Assembly (NCBI GenBank): GCA_028023455.1
Contig: JAQFVV010000009.1
Location: forward strand, 7,750,001-7,814,000
Direction: 5' to 3'
DNA: 64,000 nucleotides
DNA from: Epiperipatus broadwayi
Lineage: Eukaryota > Animalia > Onychophora
In this document: in pieces, positions 27,130 through 41,515 of the stretch
How positions within the stretch are numbered: position 1 is the stretch's first letter
Layout of the letters: the number at the start of each line of letters is the position of its first letter
The notes under the pieces: generated by a model
What the model was told of the DNA's origin: nothing
Seen by the model: only the letters and a program-made list of their open reading frames with translations
Databases searched by the model: none
Translations under genes and position numbers: made by a program

Positions 27130-29739
27130 GAGTAGGCACTAGATAGGATTTTATACACAAGCCCCCTGGCATCCATTGACTGCTCTGGCTTGTACCGAGT
27201 GGCTCTACTGTATGAAGAGTATTGTCTGTTTTAATAACAGTTATGAGTAAACATAAGAAATGGTGATCATGTGATGTTTAGTGGTTTAATACCAATCCTG
27301 CTTAATAGGGTAGTGGTTTCTATAGTTATTAAAGAACCAAAGACACCAAAATGTATGGGCACTGAAATGAGTTCAGTCCTATATAAGCTAATGAGCTTGG
27401 ATTGAAAATATTATATATCAAAGGGATGAAATAATCTCTACTTAACTATATCTCTTTTATCTTTATCTTGTCTTTTAATTCATTTATTGTGGACTTTTTT
27501 CTTTCGATTTTGTTAAAAAAAATTTTTTTTTCAGTATATATATCATTTTAAAAATCAATTTGTGTGTCTATTTGTAGAAAAATGGAAAAAATAGCAAATT
27601 ATAAATATATATATATAATTTGCTATAAAATATTTTTCATTTTTCAACAATTGCATGGCTTATTACTTTGGGAATTCATAGGAAATTCAAGAACAACACT
27701 TGGTTGCAATCCATCGTCTTGGGCTCCATGAGTTATTGTACCAAATGATAACAAGCCAGCAACTTTATATATATTCATTATTAAAAATAATATATATATA
27801 TATTTAAAAGTAATAAAAAATAATTTAAAAAATAATAAAATAGAAATTAGAAAAAAACAACATAAATATTCTTAAAACAACTTTATCACTTACTATAACT
27901 GCATGCATGTGATTTCAAATTCTATACAAAAAACAATTTACATTTAAAATTTTTTTTTATTTTTATTAAGTATTATATTAGATATTTTTACACTACTGAA
28001 TACTTTCAAAATGAAGATCTTACCAAGTGCTAAATTTATTATCTAGTTGCCATGTCAACAAGAATGATTTTAGCATTGGCTACAATCTAAGTTGTTATCT
28101 GGAAAGCTAATATACAGAATTTCAGTGGTAAAAATAAAATTTTATTTATACTTCATATTAATAATTCATATCTAAGTTTGGCATAGATCTTCTACAAGGT
28201 TATTAAAAATGAATATTTAATGATTGCTTTAGGATATAAATTTGAACTGAACTTAATTGTTACTATCGTATTAAAAATTGAATTTTACAGTTGATATTGT
28301 CTAAATTAGCTTTCAAATAAGACTTCAGGAAAGAGTGGAATCCATTCTTATCAGCATGGTGTCAGTGAGAAAAGTCCTTTCACAATATTTAGATGCAATA
28401 TTGGAGATATTTTCATTCTGAATAAGTTCCCAATTACTAATTAATTTACAATTGTATATATAACATTTTAAATAAAAAACATAATATTTTAGTTTTTTCT
28501 ATAGTTTAGATTGATTGGTGGCACTCTTTGAAGAAATTGTCTTTCCTCATATAGTCATCTTTGTTACAATGCAAACATAACATTTAACTACAAATAAACT
28601 ATAATAAATTTATATCATTGAATTTGTGAGCTTTAATTATCTGTAGTGGTAAATGGCAGTTAGAAGTTTCTTGGACAACTTTATCATTTAGCAGCATCAC
28701 CACAAAATACTTGCATGTGACACAGGGAAGGTTTTTTAAATATTAATCTTACATTTGTAATTTAGCTCTTTGAAGTATTTCCAGTTCAGATAATATTTCT
28801 CTTATTTTAATAATAAATACTATTAACTGTATAAACAAATGCTGGTTAGGTGTTCAAATACTGAAGTAATAGAATCAGCACAAGTACTGTATTTAATTGA
28901 CATATCTTGTTCTCAGCAAGAAATGAAATCAAAAACTGTTATCTCGAGTTCATTTTTTTACTATTGCAGAAATCATTAAAGAGACATATCTATTATCAAT
29001 TCAATAATTAAATTCTCATATGTTTCTCCCTATCTAACTTTTAAAAGCATTTTTTTAACCATTCTCATGTTATTATTTATGCCTTCATTTCTTCCATTAT
29101 CATTCTCATAATTTTAATTATATTTTTAATTATTTCAAAAGCTAATTCTTTAAATATCTGTTTTTTTTTATTATTTTTAAATTTTATGAATATTTTACAT
29201 TTTTTCTCTTTTCATCTATTAAAAATATCGTAATTTATTAATATTACTACTGCCAATTTCCATTTATTTTCTATTTATCTTTATTTCTTTTCTGCCTATC
29301 TATATCAGAAATGATTTTTTTTTTCAAATTGTATTTTGTATTTTCCATTTTCTTTTTCTATATTTGGATAGGAGTATATAATAAAATGCTTATAACTGAT
29401 TTTTTCTCTCTCCAGAAATGTGTGCAATAAAATTGCAAAAGTATCTTAAACATGCACATATTTCTAGAGAAAAGAAATATTTATATTTTTGAGACACCAT
29501 CTATCTTATAGATGTGACAACTAAATCTTAACATGCATATACTTTTATGTAATTCACAACCAGTCTTCAGAATTCAGTAGAAATAGTTTCCCTTTTCAGC
29601 TTATTAAAAATGTAGTTTTAAAATGTTAATCACAACACATATTTAAGAAACAAAAAATATTTAATTAATAATAGTATTTAATCATATATGATTTATTATT
29701 TCAATTTATTAAAGAAAATAAAATTAATACTTTGCTTTG

Positions 29740-30790
29740 CTATAGACGTTTTTTAATACACATTCACTAAAAAAAAAAAAGAAGATTCTTATTTGTAAAA
29801 ACTCTAGTTTTTGCAATCAATATTCGTTTTAACTTCATGTTTTTCTTGATTAGTTCTTCATAAAAGAACAGCAATTGATTCACTTTTAACACATCACATG
29901 TTGGATCTAATTTGTGCTAATAGTGCAGCCAAAAATTATTTGGATTCTTCATTATTACTTTTCAAAGTTTACACCATGCTGAATATACAGAATTTATTCT
30001 TCAGCAGTTTCTTCCTAAGTAGTCATTCAAAGTTTAAATGAATCTATTTTGATAGTTTTTTAGGTTACTTGTTAGAGAAATTAGCAGAAAATCAAAAGTT
30101 TCTAGTGAGTTATCTTTGCTGAGATATCTGAAAGGCTGTGCCACTATTCTAACACATGCTGGGTGTTGATTTTGAACAACTAAAAAAAAGTTTTAAATTA
30201 ATTTATTTCACTTAAAAATTGATTTTTTTGGTTTGAAAGTAACTTATATGCTGATTAATTTCAAAAACAAATCTGCTAGAGGAGAATGATGGAGTTGTTA
30301 TTATAACAATAAATTTGACATTTTCTTTAATGACAGTCAGTTAACTCTTTATCAAAATGTTTTCTACTTAACAAAAGTAAAAAACATGTTTTAAATTTTA
30401 TATTATCAATAAATAAAATCTACTTGTATATTTTTTAAATCAAAAATTAAAAAATGAAATTAATATTTTTTCCATGTTTTTTTATCAAATAACTTCTCTT
30501 CCTTTTTTTTTTTTTTTACAGTTAAAATAAAAAATAAATGAAAATATTACACTTTTAAAACTTTTATTACTCTTTTTATATATAAAAAAGGACTTTTAAA
30601 AGTTTATAATTTGTTAATTATCACATGTATATCTAATGCTATTTTTAGAAAACAAAATAATTTAAATATAAGTGATATTATGGACTATATAACCAGTGTT
30701 GATATTTCTCTCTTTTCGGGATTAAAAAGATTGCATCTGACCAGTCTTAGCATTTTTGATCTTCTCTTTTTCTTTCTTCATTTAAAATCA
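29740..30790 (-). repeat. Dispersed ~1.1 kb repeat, copy 1, containing a decayed exon-like reading frame
   Basis: Colinear with about 43330-44420 (e.g. aaaactctag, ttagttcttca, gctaatagt(g/a)cagc, ttttttttttacagttaa, tagcatttttgat). A minus-strand polypyrimidine-AG acceptor lies at about 30180. Boundaries approximate. Confidence 0.7.
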
Positions 30791-33700
30791 ATATTACATT
30801 AGTCTAGTGATGATTTCATAAGGATCTATCCATGTATGGAACAACCAATTAAGATATTACTTTTGGTCCTCTTGCTATTTATTATCCCTTTTTGTCAAAT
30901 AGTAGTTTGCATGCTATACTTCTTAAGCACCACTGACTATTGCATTTTCTGATTCTTGAAAGCTTAAATGTTTTGAAATTTGTTTTCAGATTTTGATTTA
31001 TTGTCTTCATCCAAAGCTTTAATTTGGTCAAATATTTTATTACTCCTTTTTTTGAAGATTATTTTCTTCAGAAGTTTTATTAAAAATATTTACAATCTTG
31101 TATTAGAATACTGCTAACAGATTTTTGTTTGGATTTTCAGATGATATCTTGCTGATTTATTTGATCTGCTTCCTCATGTGTTTTGGGTTGCATTATTAGG
31201 TACATTTGATATATGTTAAGGATTGTTTAGAACCTGTTTCATACTTGTTTGGGTCTTTTGCAGCAAATGTGCTTTGATTTATATTTCTCTATTTAAATAT
31301 GCAACAGAAAGATGTGTTTGGTTTACATTTAAATAATTAAAGTATGTGCTTAGAATATATAATTAGTCAGCATTTATCAGATTTTTAAAATTCTATCCAG
31401 ATCTTTGTCTATGGTTATATGAATATCAAGATCCATTGGTTTTAGTAATAAATTCATAACTTTTATAGTTTTGTGAATTACCTTTTAACTTCTTTATTTT
31501 TATTTCCTTCTCATACATATTACAAATGCTACAATCTAATTTTTATCTTGAAAGTGTAACAGATTTTTATAATAGTATCTAAAATGACTTGCATCCTGGA
31601 TATTATAAAAATAATAATAATTTTGGGATTGTACTGTGTATCAAAATTTAGTTTCTCATTGTCAGCAGCAAGATCATCCATGATTGTATTAAAACTCTAA
31701 TGGCAACATGCTTTTCTGAAGAACCATTTGTTGCAATATTGTTATCTATATCTTTCAAAGCATGGTCACAAGTTGAGCTAAACAAAGATAATTAAAGGAT
31801 TAAAATAACTAGAAATTATCTTTCTGGCTATATATATTGAACCATTTTATATATGTATGGTTGGTAATACTTAAAAGCTTTAAAAAAAAGTAAAATTTCA
31901 AACAATTTAGTTTTTTTTTTTAGTTAGTCTTAAACATGCAATGAAAGTTGATTTTTTTTTGTTTCGAATTATTTATTCAATTAAAAATAAAACTTGAAAT
32001 TGGAATGAATGAAAAGACACACAGATTACTATCAAATAAAATAAATAAAGAAATACCAAAGTAAAAGATTACAATCAGAAAATCCATCTAACAATAATTA
32101 AAGATGGTGGACATAATTCATAAAAAAATAAACTTTGTAGCTGAAAATAAGAAATAATGTCCGAGATTATTATTTTGTAATGTGATAAAAGAACAAAAGA
32201 TAATATATGTGCAGGAGTCTAAAAACTGATCATAAGTAAAAAAAAATAAAAAAAATAACGGCAATCAAGGTCTTGTATCTTTTCCTAACTAGCAGTTTCC
32301 ATTGGGTCTGGGATAGAGAAAATGTCCTATCCCAGATTACTCATATGCTGAAGTGAATTATCATGAGAAGTGGAACCGATGCATTTAGATACTTTTCATC
32401 ATATAGGTCACTCAGGATAACCTTCGAGTTTAGCATTAGGGTGGACCATGGACATACAAAAATGTTGACATAGTGAAAGAAGTTAACTTCAATTGGCTCT
32501 TCAAAATATATAGTACAAAACTTACCGGTAAGATTATTCATATCCCAATTGTCACTAAATTAAGTGTTTGCAAACAATCCTTTCTATAAGCTTATAATAT
32601 GCTACTAATAGAGATATTTGTATATTTATTATTCAAAGAACTTTTTAGAAGAAACTTAAAAAGTGAACTTTAATTGTTAAATTGTTTTAATTATTTTACT
32701 TAACTATCTGGATTAGCATGTATGTGCTTTCCAATTCTATTTTACAATTTATCTTTTAAATATTTTAATTTGTTAGAATAAAATTTTTCTAAAATAAACT
32801 TTTCATTATACATTATTAATGTTAGCTTATTAGAATTTAAATGTACTTTACTTTAACAGGTGACCCCAGTAACAATTTTGTTGTTTGTATAAAGATCTAA
32901 AAAAATCTGATCTGTTGACCATGTAGAGTAGTAAATGCAAAACTATGGTTGTCTAGTCACCATAACACCTGCGGATAGAATTTGAATACTATCTACCATA
33001 TTGGGTTCGAATACGAATCCACTTTCTTAATGAAATCTTAAGAAATAAAATTTACAAATCCTATATAAGGATGTAAGTTAACAAAAAAAAATCTACCTAG
33101 TGGCCAATATTTTATTAAAAAGATGAACAACAATTTCTTCAGAAAAAGCACATTTATGAGCGTCAGTTAATAACTGATCTCAAGTGCCAATCTCACTAGT
33201 ACCATAAGAATTATACTTTTCCTATCTAAGTAATCTTAGAACTATCACTAATTAGGTTCTGAACCCTCTAGCTAGCTTACATTCCAGGACTGGGAGGTAA
33301 CAAAACCTATCAGGCTGAATGGAGGTAATGGATAATTTGCATATTTGGAATGATCTTTCCCTGATTTCTATGCTTCTCAAATTCGATCATATGTCATTTA
33401 AAATTAGCTACTTTGAACTCCCTATTTCTAAACATTAACTCCCTCAATACACAATCTATTTCCTTATCAAATTTATAGTTTGGAATTTAAAAGTACGTTT
33501 AATATAATTGCTTACTCAGAAAAGCATACTCAATTCATTCTGAGAGATATAATGCCAGGAAGGGAACTAGGCCAATATAAGTGATAAAGATATTCATAAA
33601 TGATAGACAAATAATTTGTTTTAAAGTAAGTATACAATTTAATTACTATTCCGTCTAATTAAATATTGAGAAAAGAGAAAAATATATATAATTTACATAT

Positions 33701-35999
33701 CAAATGATAACATAAAAAAAAAGAAAATTGTTAAATATAAAAGAACATATAATTAAACAGCATGTGTAAGAATGCATTTATACATTACAAATTCAATTAT
33801 ATAGTTTTAAATAATGATTAAATCTTTAGAGAGTAATGATAGGCAATTTTCAGTTCACTTAAGACAATAAAAATTAGTCATATTTACCTTGGAGTATCCG
33901 GGATTTTATTTTGATTAGGTTTAAGTTTATTTCCATGTAAGCTTGTTTCAATGATCCAAATGAAATTTATGGATTCTTTATTGTCAACAAATGAAAAAAA
34001 AAATTTGTTAGTGACAAAAGTCCGGCATGACCATGCATTTTGTGTATTGCTTGGATATAGAAAATAATGATGTCTTATTGGAAGCTTTCTTAGTGTATAC
34101 GGTTCAAGATTCATTCCTTCCTGGATTATTTTAGCAGCATATCATCAGGGTCCTTCAGGGTCTTGGACAGGCAGGCATTGAACAGGAACAGCTATATATA
34201 TTTGGAGCTTAGGGTGATCACCTTACATGTATTTGTTCTACCCCAGCATAAGTTGATATTGCTAAATCCATTTTTTTCTTGAGATGGTTGATTGAATTTA
34301 ATATTTCATTTTTTATAATGCGAGCATAGCCACACCAGTAAACTTAGCAAAAAAAAATATTAATACAACATTTCAGTCTGAAAAACACTCTTGCTCTCTC
34401 TTTCCTTTTTACATACTCCTTAAATCAATTCTTTTATTTCCCAAAATAGTTTATCAGCATTGAGATCTCTATTTATCAGGCATGCTTTTAACATTTTTCT
34501 TTTAGGTTTCTTTTCTTTTTTTTAGCTGTACATTTATTTAAGATTTCCTGGAATTTAGAGTGGCTAAGTAATGGAACAAAAGTCACAAAATTGCCTCAAG
34601 GTAGATATATCAAAGTTCTTTCATTACTCTCATTAAAATACTATGTACATAAAACTAAAGGAAAATATACATTTGAAATAAGTAATAATATTAAAAAAGT
34701 TATACATTTGCGTATAACTGCATTCTCACAATTTATTAACACATATTTTTCTGAAGGTATTCTAAAATAAACAACTATAACTATATACATCCTTCTCTTT
34801 TTATTTTTTTTTCAATAAAAAGAAAATCTTTCGAACTTTATCTCTTTCTTCGACATATATCTATATGATTCTTTATATACATACTCACACATTGAGGCCA
34901 ATTTATTGGCCTTATGCTTATTTAGGCCACTGGGGGATATTATATAACTCCCTTGTAACAGTGTTTGAATCTGGCTACTGTTACATTACCAATATTTATT
35001 CATTAAGCCCTGGGAAAAATATTCTCTGAAAATAAATTAAGTTGCAGAAAATAATAATCCTGATCTTTTTAGCTAATTGCTTCAAAATTATGAAATATGA
35101 GGAAGTGATGTGATGTTCTGTGACTTCTCCTTAAATGGAGTCAGGAATCTCTCTGCAATTATACCCAGAAAAACTTGTTAGCCACTTTATTTTTCATTTC
35201 CCACTCTAAGTTTTTCCATATTCTGCTCCATCCCATTTCCACAACATAATCTTTGTCAACTCTATGGCCTTTATATCTAAATCCCCCTTATCTGTTCCCA
35301 AACCCAGCATAAAAAACCAATAATCCACTTTCTGTATAATCACTTTTTTCATATTTATTCTTCCGTAACTTCATTATATATACTCTTTCTCTTTTCAAGC
35401 ATTTACATTCAACTAACAGATGCCTAATATTTTCTATTCCTTCCTTTTTTATAAATTAAACTAACTTTGTTGGCAATTCCAATCATAATATTAAATAATC
35501 TTAGGTTCAGTTAATCAGGAAATATAGCTATGTTTTTTTAGAAATATGAATGAAATATTTTTCTTTTTCATAGCTTGATTAACTCATGCATCTAGTGCAT
35601 AATTAAAGGCCAATAACTGAATGAGAAAAATGTTACAATATATATATATATTTCTTCAAAAAACAATACAATAATTAATATAGTAAACAATATTTTAAAA
35701 ACAAATATGTACTATAATTTAATAGAAGTACTTTTGACTATCTAAGTAGTTGTTATCAACTATATTTAAATTCGATTACAAAAAACCGTTATAAATGTAT
35801 TCAAAAATAATTATGTCATACATCAATTTTCCCACAATTCATTAATTTTTATGTTAGCAGCTTGTCTATTTATCAAATGCTGCTTTCCATTTTTTATTAG
35901 CATAGCTTCTTTAATTTTACATTTATTATTATTTCTTTCAATACATAAAATCTTAACTTTATTAACATCAAAATCAAAACATATATACATGTAACATTA

Positions 36000-36330
36000 T
36001 GATCAAAGAATACTGAAGGTGATACGTCATCATTTCTAACACTTTCTTGTCTTGATATTTGCACTGGTTTATATAGCAATAAATGCTCCTTTGATATATA
36101 TATACTTAAAAGGCCAGATTGTATCAATAAGCGAGATGATACATGCAAATTTCCTCCTATTTGGAAAGATTTTTTTAAAAAACATTCCTAAATTTAACAT
36201 TTTTGCTATTGGTGGAACTTTAACATTTTTTTCAAATCAGTGATTGTAGCGCCTCTACAACCATGTGACCAAGTCGAAACATCAGTATATTAATATTAAC
36301 AGTTTTAACATGGATGAACCCGCAAAATAT
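36000..36330 (+). mobile_element. Penelope-like element 3' remnant (GIY-YIG C-terminus plus possible decayed hammerhead)
   Basis: A plus frame gives DIYILKRPDCINKRDDTCKFPPIWKDFF*, resembling the PLE E-x-x-YI...IN-R-D...W tail. It is followed by GAC-CAA-GTC-GAAA-CA-TC-AGT at about 36267-36285. Confidence 0.45.
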
Positions 36331-38153
36331 GTTTTTTATATATTTAACCCATGCAAATCTTCATTTTTAACATATATGTATAAGTCACCTGAATTAATCT
36401 ACTGAAAAAATGTAAAGAATGATCAGATATTTAATCTTCTGGCAAATAATATTTAAGAAACATTAGGTAAATAGCATTTAGCATCAGCAAATGTAAAAAA
36501 AATCAAGATGACTGGCAAGGATTGTACAAATTTTCAAGATATAATGACTAATTTGGGTCATCAACATCATTTCTTTTGATCATGACCAAGTGCCCTCAGA
36601 AACACATCCAAAAAACATCTTTACCCCCAATGGCAATCATAGAAAAAAGCACAATCATCAAAAAAATTGTCTCAGTTTTAACAACAATAACTTCCAGCAC
36701 AGTTTACTTACATATGTTATTTAAAAGTGTCTTTTAAGATTTTATTTATAAGATATTTTGTGTTTATTGTCATAAAACTCTTATTTACATCTTTGTTTAT
36801 GAGGTGTATATTCTATAGTTAGTGATTATAGATTTCCATTATTAGTGATGAAACTTTCTTATTATAAAGAGCACATTTAAATTAAGTTTATTTCCATTCT
36901 CATAATCCATTGAAATAGTATATATTCATATTATTCTTTATAAATTAAAGCTTAGATGACTTCTTCAATATCACTGAAATTTTTTTTATATAAAGTGATC
37001 AAACTGTAAAATGTTTGTTTTTTGGAATTTCATTATGCAATTAAACATCATCATTCAAAATTCAGTAACTTTTATATAGGTATTTTTTTATCTCTTAATT
37101 TTTCTTGCCTAATCTTTTTTAATATCTACAACAACATTATGGAAGGTATTGTTATACTTACTAACTTTTCATATATTCCCATAAAAAAGCCACTCCATGC
37201 ATCTATATCTAATGTATCCATTTGAGAATTTTCATCATTAAATTTTGATGTGTCATTGGTCTCTGCCATTATCTTAGACTGTATCCACCAATCTAAATTT
37301 CTTCAACAACTATCACATCATTTTGAAATACGTAATTACAGTATTTATAGGCAACAATTGCTATATTTTTCTGAAACATTTTATCTGAACTTTTCCTATT
37401 TTTTAAATATTTTTTATCCATCTTTATCATCATTTGCATAATTAATTGATATATCTGAAATTGTGATATTTTTTTGACCTTTGTTCTGCTTTTTATAGTT
37501 TTTGTTGTCCCTGATATTTCATTCTTAGTTGTAAATGACTTAAGTTAAACACTTTCTGATGAAACAGTTTTTGGATTATTTTATTACTGTTGAAACAACC
37601 AACTTTTATATACATTTGTAATCCCAATAATTAAAGTATTTTATTTATTCAAAACTATTATTTAGTATTTTTTAATAGCTTCCCCCTTTTAATTTAATGT
37701 TGCTTGGCCAATATATATATGCGCCATATTTTAGACAAAGTCAATTTTATGTAGCTAACTTACAGTATGAAAATGCATATATTTTATAGGGTAAGGTGAA
37801 TCATAAATCTATATCAACACTGATATAAAATAAGGAGCATAAGAAAAAAGATTTAAAAATTATTTATTTCTTTTGTATCCAGACTTACAAATATTGTTTA
37901 TTTTAAATAAATTAATATGGGTGAAAAGTATATTATAATCCTAAACATACTTTATGCTATTTATAAGGTTGGACAGAAATATTGTTATAAGTTTTAAAAT
38001 ATACATCTGCATTTTTATACAATAAATGCGAATTATAAAGATAAAATATGTTATCTAGTATCAAAAACAGGTTTATTGAACTATGTTTACAATAAAGAAA
38101 AAATTATAAAATAACATTAAATTTGGCAATACATTTTTAAACCATTAAATTAC

Positions 38154-38591
38154 TTAATGTCCAGTATTAATAAGATTCCATGTGGAATTTGCTATTAGGT
38201 GAGGAACTAACTTCAAATCTCTTTCTTTGATATCTTTTAATTTTTGTAAAAAAATTAATATTGGATCAGGTATAACAGACTTGAAGATTAGGAAGCATCT
38301 GACAAACCATAGACAGAAAGTGATGAAAGTTGCACTTCTTATAATTGCAAAATCCCCATAAGCAAAACCTTTTATGAATGTGTTGATAATTGGATGTTTT
38401 GGTGTATAAATTTTATTAATCAATATTCTACAGCCCTGAAGAGAGGAACAATCGTTGAAAATGTGAAATATGGTATCATCCTCCCTATGGCAGAGTGAGC
38501 AAACAGGGTCCAAAGATGAAAAACCTCTATACATCATAAGAAAGTGGCTTGTTGGAAGGGCATTGAGATTTAGCTTTAGAATAAAGTCCAA
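38154..38591 (-). pseudogene. LINE ORF2 C-terminal Cys/His (zf-RVT-like) segment
   Basis: CSLCHREDDTIFHIFNDC. Frameshifted relative to the RT ORF. Confidence 0.85.
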
Positions 38592-38618
38592 ATATTTTGG
38601 CTCTAGATTACATCTTTT

Positions 38619-40055
38619 TTATTTCTTTATAATGGCAAAGTTTGTACAGGTGAGAATGCTATGATCTGGGATAATTGTTGAAAAAAAAAGAAGATAGGCA
38701 TCCCAATAACGAAGTTTCGTTGGTTTTATTTGAGTTAAAGGTGTGAGAATTTTTGCAATGTCAATTAAGACTTGTGTCAGCCAACCATCATTAATTGGAG
38801 GTGGAGTATCTGTAGGATGAATAGATAGAAAAGGTGAGTCATCAGGAAAAATCCCATTAAGTCTTGTAATGAGGTTATTTGATTTCTGTAGACAAAGAAC
38901 ATGAAGTGAATGCAGTGAAAAGCCATTAAGTCTTGTTGGTCTCTGCACTCTTCTTAAGCTAATAGCAACAGTTTTACCCTTCCACATTAATCTAGAGCAA
39001 AGAGAGTTTATATTCTGGATAAATTTTGATGAGAATATAATGAACCGCATGTAGCAAGCAATTCTGGGGAACAGTAACATGTTGAGTAGGGCTGCTTTTG
39101 CAAATAATGATGTATAAACTTTTGAAAGTGAATCAATTATTTTTCTTGCAGAATTCATGATAGTGTCTTGTATTAATTTCCTTATTGCTGCATGAGAGAG
39201 ACTCATTGGTAAGCCCAAAAAGTTTTGTGGCATAGCTGTGAAAAGGGATGGAATGGATTTTCCAGATGAAAGTCTCCATACAGCAGATTTTCTAAGGTTA
39301 AACGCAAGACCTGACTCTACGGTGAAATTGTCCATAATTTGAATTAGTTTTGGTATGAATTTTCTAGATGGTAAGAACACTGCCACATCATCTATGTAGG
39401 ATATGTGCTGAATGGATTTATTGATACCAGGAATGTACAATCCAGGAAGATTCATCTCTAAAGATTTAAGGAATGGATTTATATATAGAATGAAGAGTAA
39501 GGGACTAAGAGGAGAACCCTGTGGAATCGACTTGGTAGGTGTGAATGAGTTTGAAATTTTTCCATTTAATGAAATTGCAATATGTCTGTTTAATAGAAGA
39601 TTAGTAATGATGTTCATTATACCTGTGGGAATGTTCAGACCACTTAGAAGATGTATTAGTTGAGGAATTCTGACTGAGTCAAAAGCAGCTGAAATATCAA
39701 GTTGGACAACTATTGGCTTTGACTTTTTATTTTTTCTTGTATAATCCGTAATTAACCTGAATAGGCAGAGTGCCTCAGCTGTGGAACTACCTTTCTTTGC
39801 AAATTGAAAACTAGAGATAAAAGGCAGAATGAGATTTTGAATTTTATCTTTGATAATTGCTTCAATCAGTTTAATAATCAATGGAGTCATCGAGATTGGT
39901 CTAAGGTTCTCCAGAGGCGATGGGATAATAGCACTCTTAAGAAATGGGACCATCGCAGTGGGATAGAGTTGATCAATTGTAAGGGGACCTGAGGCAAGTA
40001 GATCAATCATTCTACTCACTATTGGTACTGTGAAGGCTTCAAGATGTTTGAACAT
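38619..40055 (-). pseudogene. LINE ORF2 reverse transcriptase segment (478 aa open)
   Basis: NLRPISM, QLDISAAFDSV, IPQGSPLSPLLFILYI, SYIDDV, SGLAFNLRKS, FLG. Confidence 0.95.
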
Positions 40056-41194
40056 GAATTTTGGTATTCATGGATTCCAGGGTGTATTCTATCAGGCATG
40101 GATGAGAGTTTAGCTCTAATATCATCATTACTTATACCATGAATTGTCTCACAAGAATATATAGATGTATCAAGCACCAAATTCTGTGAAACATCTACTA
40201 GCTTGCATTTATAATGATTTAAAATTTGTAAAATCATGCTATTACCCGAGAAAATTATATTATTCACTGTGATTGCTGATGGAATTTTAGACTTACTTTG
40301 AAAACCCATAGCCCACCTTATATATCCCCTTGAGAAGTTATGAGGTTTAGAGAGGTAAAGCCTCGCCTTTTTAGTAGCCAGATAGTCTATTAGGATTTGG
40401 TGCATCTCTACATATTGTTGCTTCAGGTCAATAATAACCTGTACAGATGCTGGTGTTGGAGGTATATCTTTCAATGTTGTAATTAAGCTATCTGCTTTCT
40501 TAAGTAACCCAATCGGCCCTTTATTCTTTCTGGTGTAATGAGAAATCAAAGAACTAAGAATATTTATAAAAGCAAACCAAGATTCAGCTGGTGGAAGAGC
40601 TAGAATGTCTATTTTCTTGAAAAAAATATAAGCTTCAGAGATAATCGCCTTTGGTGTAGCAGATTTTAGCAAAATTCTTATTGTAGATTTAAGGTGTACA
40701 TAGGTTTGATTGGGTAAGTCTAATGTCAGATCAAGCATAATAGCATGATGATCAGAGAAAGGTAATGGTTGTAAAGATGGATTGATGAAGAAGTGCAGTT
40801 TCGGAGAGTAATATAATAGGTCTATAAGAGAAGAAAATTTCTTTGTATAAAATGAACATGCATCATGTGGGAAAAAACCCTGCACACACATGAAATGAGA
40901 ATTTAGAAGGTGTAAAAATTTTGAATTGAAACAGTCATAAGTAGAGTTGAAGTCTCCAAGAAGAATTGTAGGAAAAGGATTTGAGATAAGTCCTAAATTA
41001 ATGAGATGTATTTGATTATGAATGAGCCCAATATCTTTGTTTAAGTAGAGAAAAACTACATTGAATTTGAAAGAGTTTATAAAAATAGTTATAAAGATTA
41101 AATTAGAGTTTAAAAAGCTAATTCTGAAATTTTGTATTAGTATTACAGATAACCTTGATAAAAAACATGATAAGATTGAAGAATCGTCACTCAT
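40019..41194 (-). pseudogene. LINE ORF2 APE endonuclease (C-terminal two thirds) plus linker
   Basis: ILLGDFNS, SLIDLLYYS, FSDHHAI. Confidence 0.92.
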
Positions 41195-41278
41195 ACTCTA
41201 AATGGTTTTTTTTTTAAATATACAAAATATCTAGACTCAAGCTAATTCTTTAAACTTTTTTTTCTTTATATATATTGA

Positions 41279-41515
41279 ATGAAATTAAAAATATCTGGCT
41301 TAAATGTCCGTGGGCTTAACTCTGATAAAAGAGTTGATGCTCTTGCTCAATGGACAAAGAAGTTTTTGCCTCATTTAGTTTGTTTGGGAGAGACAAAAAT
41401 ACATATTAATTCAAATCAAAAGATAATTGACAAATTGCACAGATTAGGCTACTTTCATTATTCTACATCTAATAGCCCATCAGCTGGGGTTGCTCTTCTT
41501 ATTCCTTTCCTTTTT
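41279..41515 (+). pseudogene. Inverted N-terminus of the same APE endonuclease
   Basis: MKLKISGLNVRGLN...VCLGETK...SAGVALLI. These are the N-terminal APE motifs missing from the adjacent minus-strand ORF. Confidence 0.9.

Larger units (their letters stand above)
26137..27413. mobile_element. Hammerhead retrozyme-like array, locus 2 (just over one monomer minus-sense, 26137-26614; about 1.8 monomers plus-sense, from about 26615)
   Basis: catcacatgatcacc recurs at 26137 and 26595 (period 458). The ribozyme G12 position recurs at 26654 and 27106 (period 452). No TSD found. Confidence 0.9.
38063..41515 (-). mobile_element. L1/Tx1-type LINE ORF2, near complete, with inverted 5' segment and 21 bp TSD
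   Basis: APE, RT and Cys/His domains lie in three frames. Minus-strand AATAAA at 38072-38077. Direct repeat TAAAAT(A/G)TGTTATCTA(G/T)TATC at 38042-38062 and 41516-41536 (19/21 identical). Confidence 0.93.

Noticed and set aside
26137-27413. CRISPR-like or simple satellite interpretation of the recurring motifs
   Set aside because: There is no short constant repeat with unique spacers. The whole ~455 nt unit repeats, and the context is eukaryotic.
32307-32336. Perfect 10 bp hairpin TCTGGGATAG/CTATCCCAGA, and nearby palindrome CTTACCGGTAAG
   Set aside because: Too short for a pre-miRNA, single occurrence, and plausible by chance in 64 kb.
34100-34191. Exon-like minus-strand stretch with in-frame TGA-TGA and a CTGATGA
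   Set aside because: No SECIS-like element, no recognisable protein and no hammerhead geometry. The splice signals alone are insufficient.
38470-39992. Plus-strand ORFs 38470-38664, 39412-39663 and 39804-39992; also minus-context shadow ORFs such as 45985-46293 and 49654-49857
   Set aside because: They are antisense or alternative-frame shadows of LINE ORF2 or of the retrozyme monomer, with no independent motifs.
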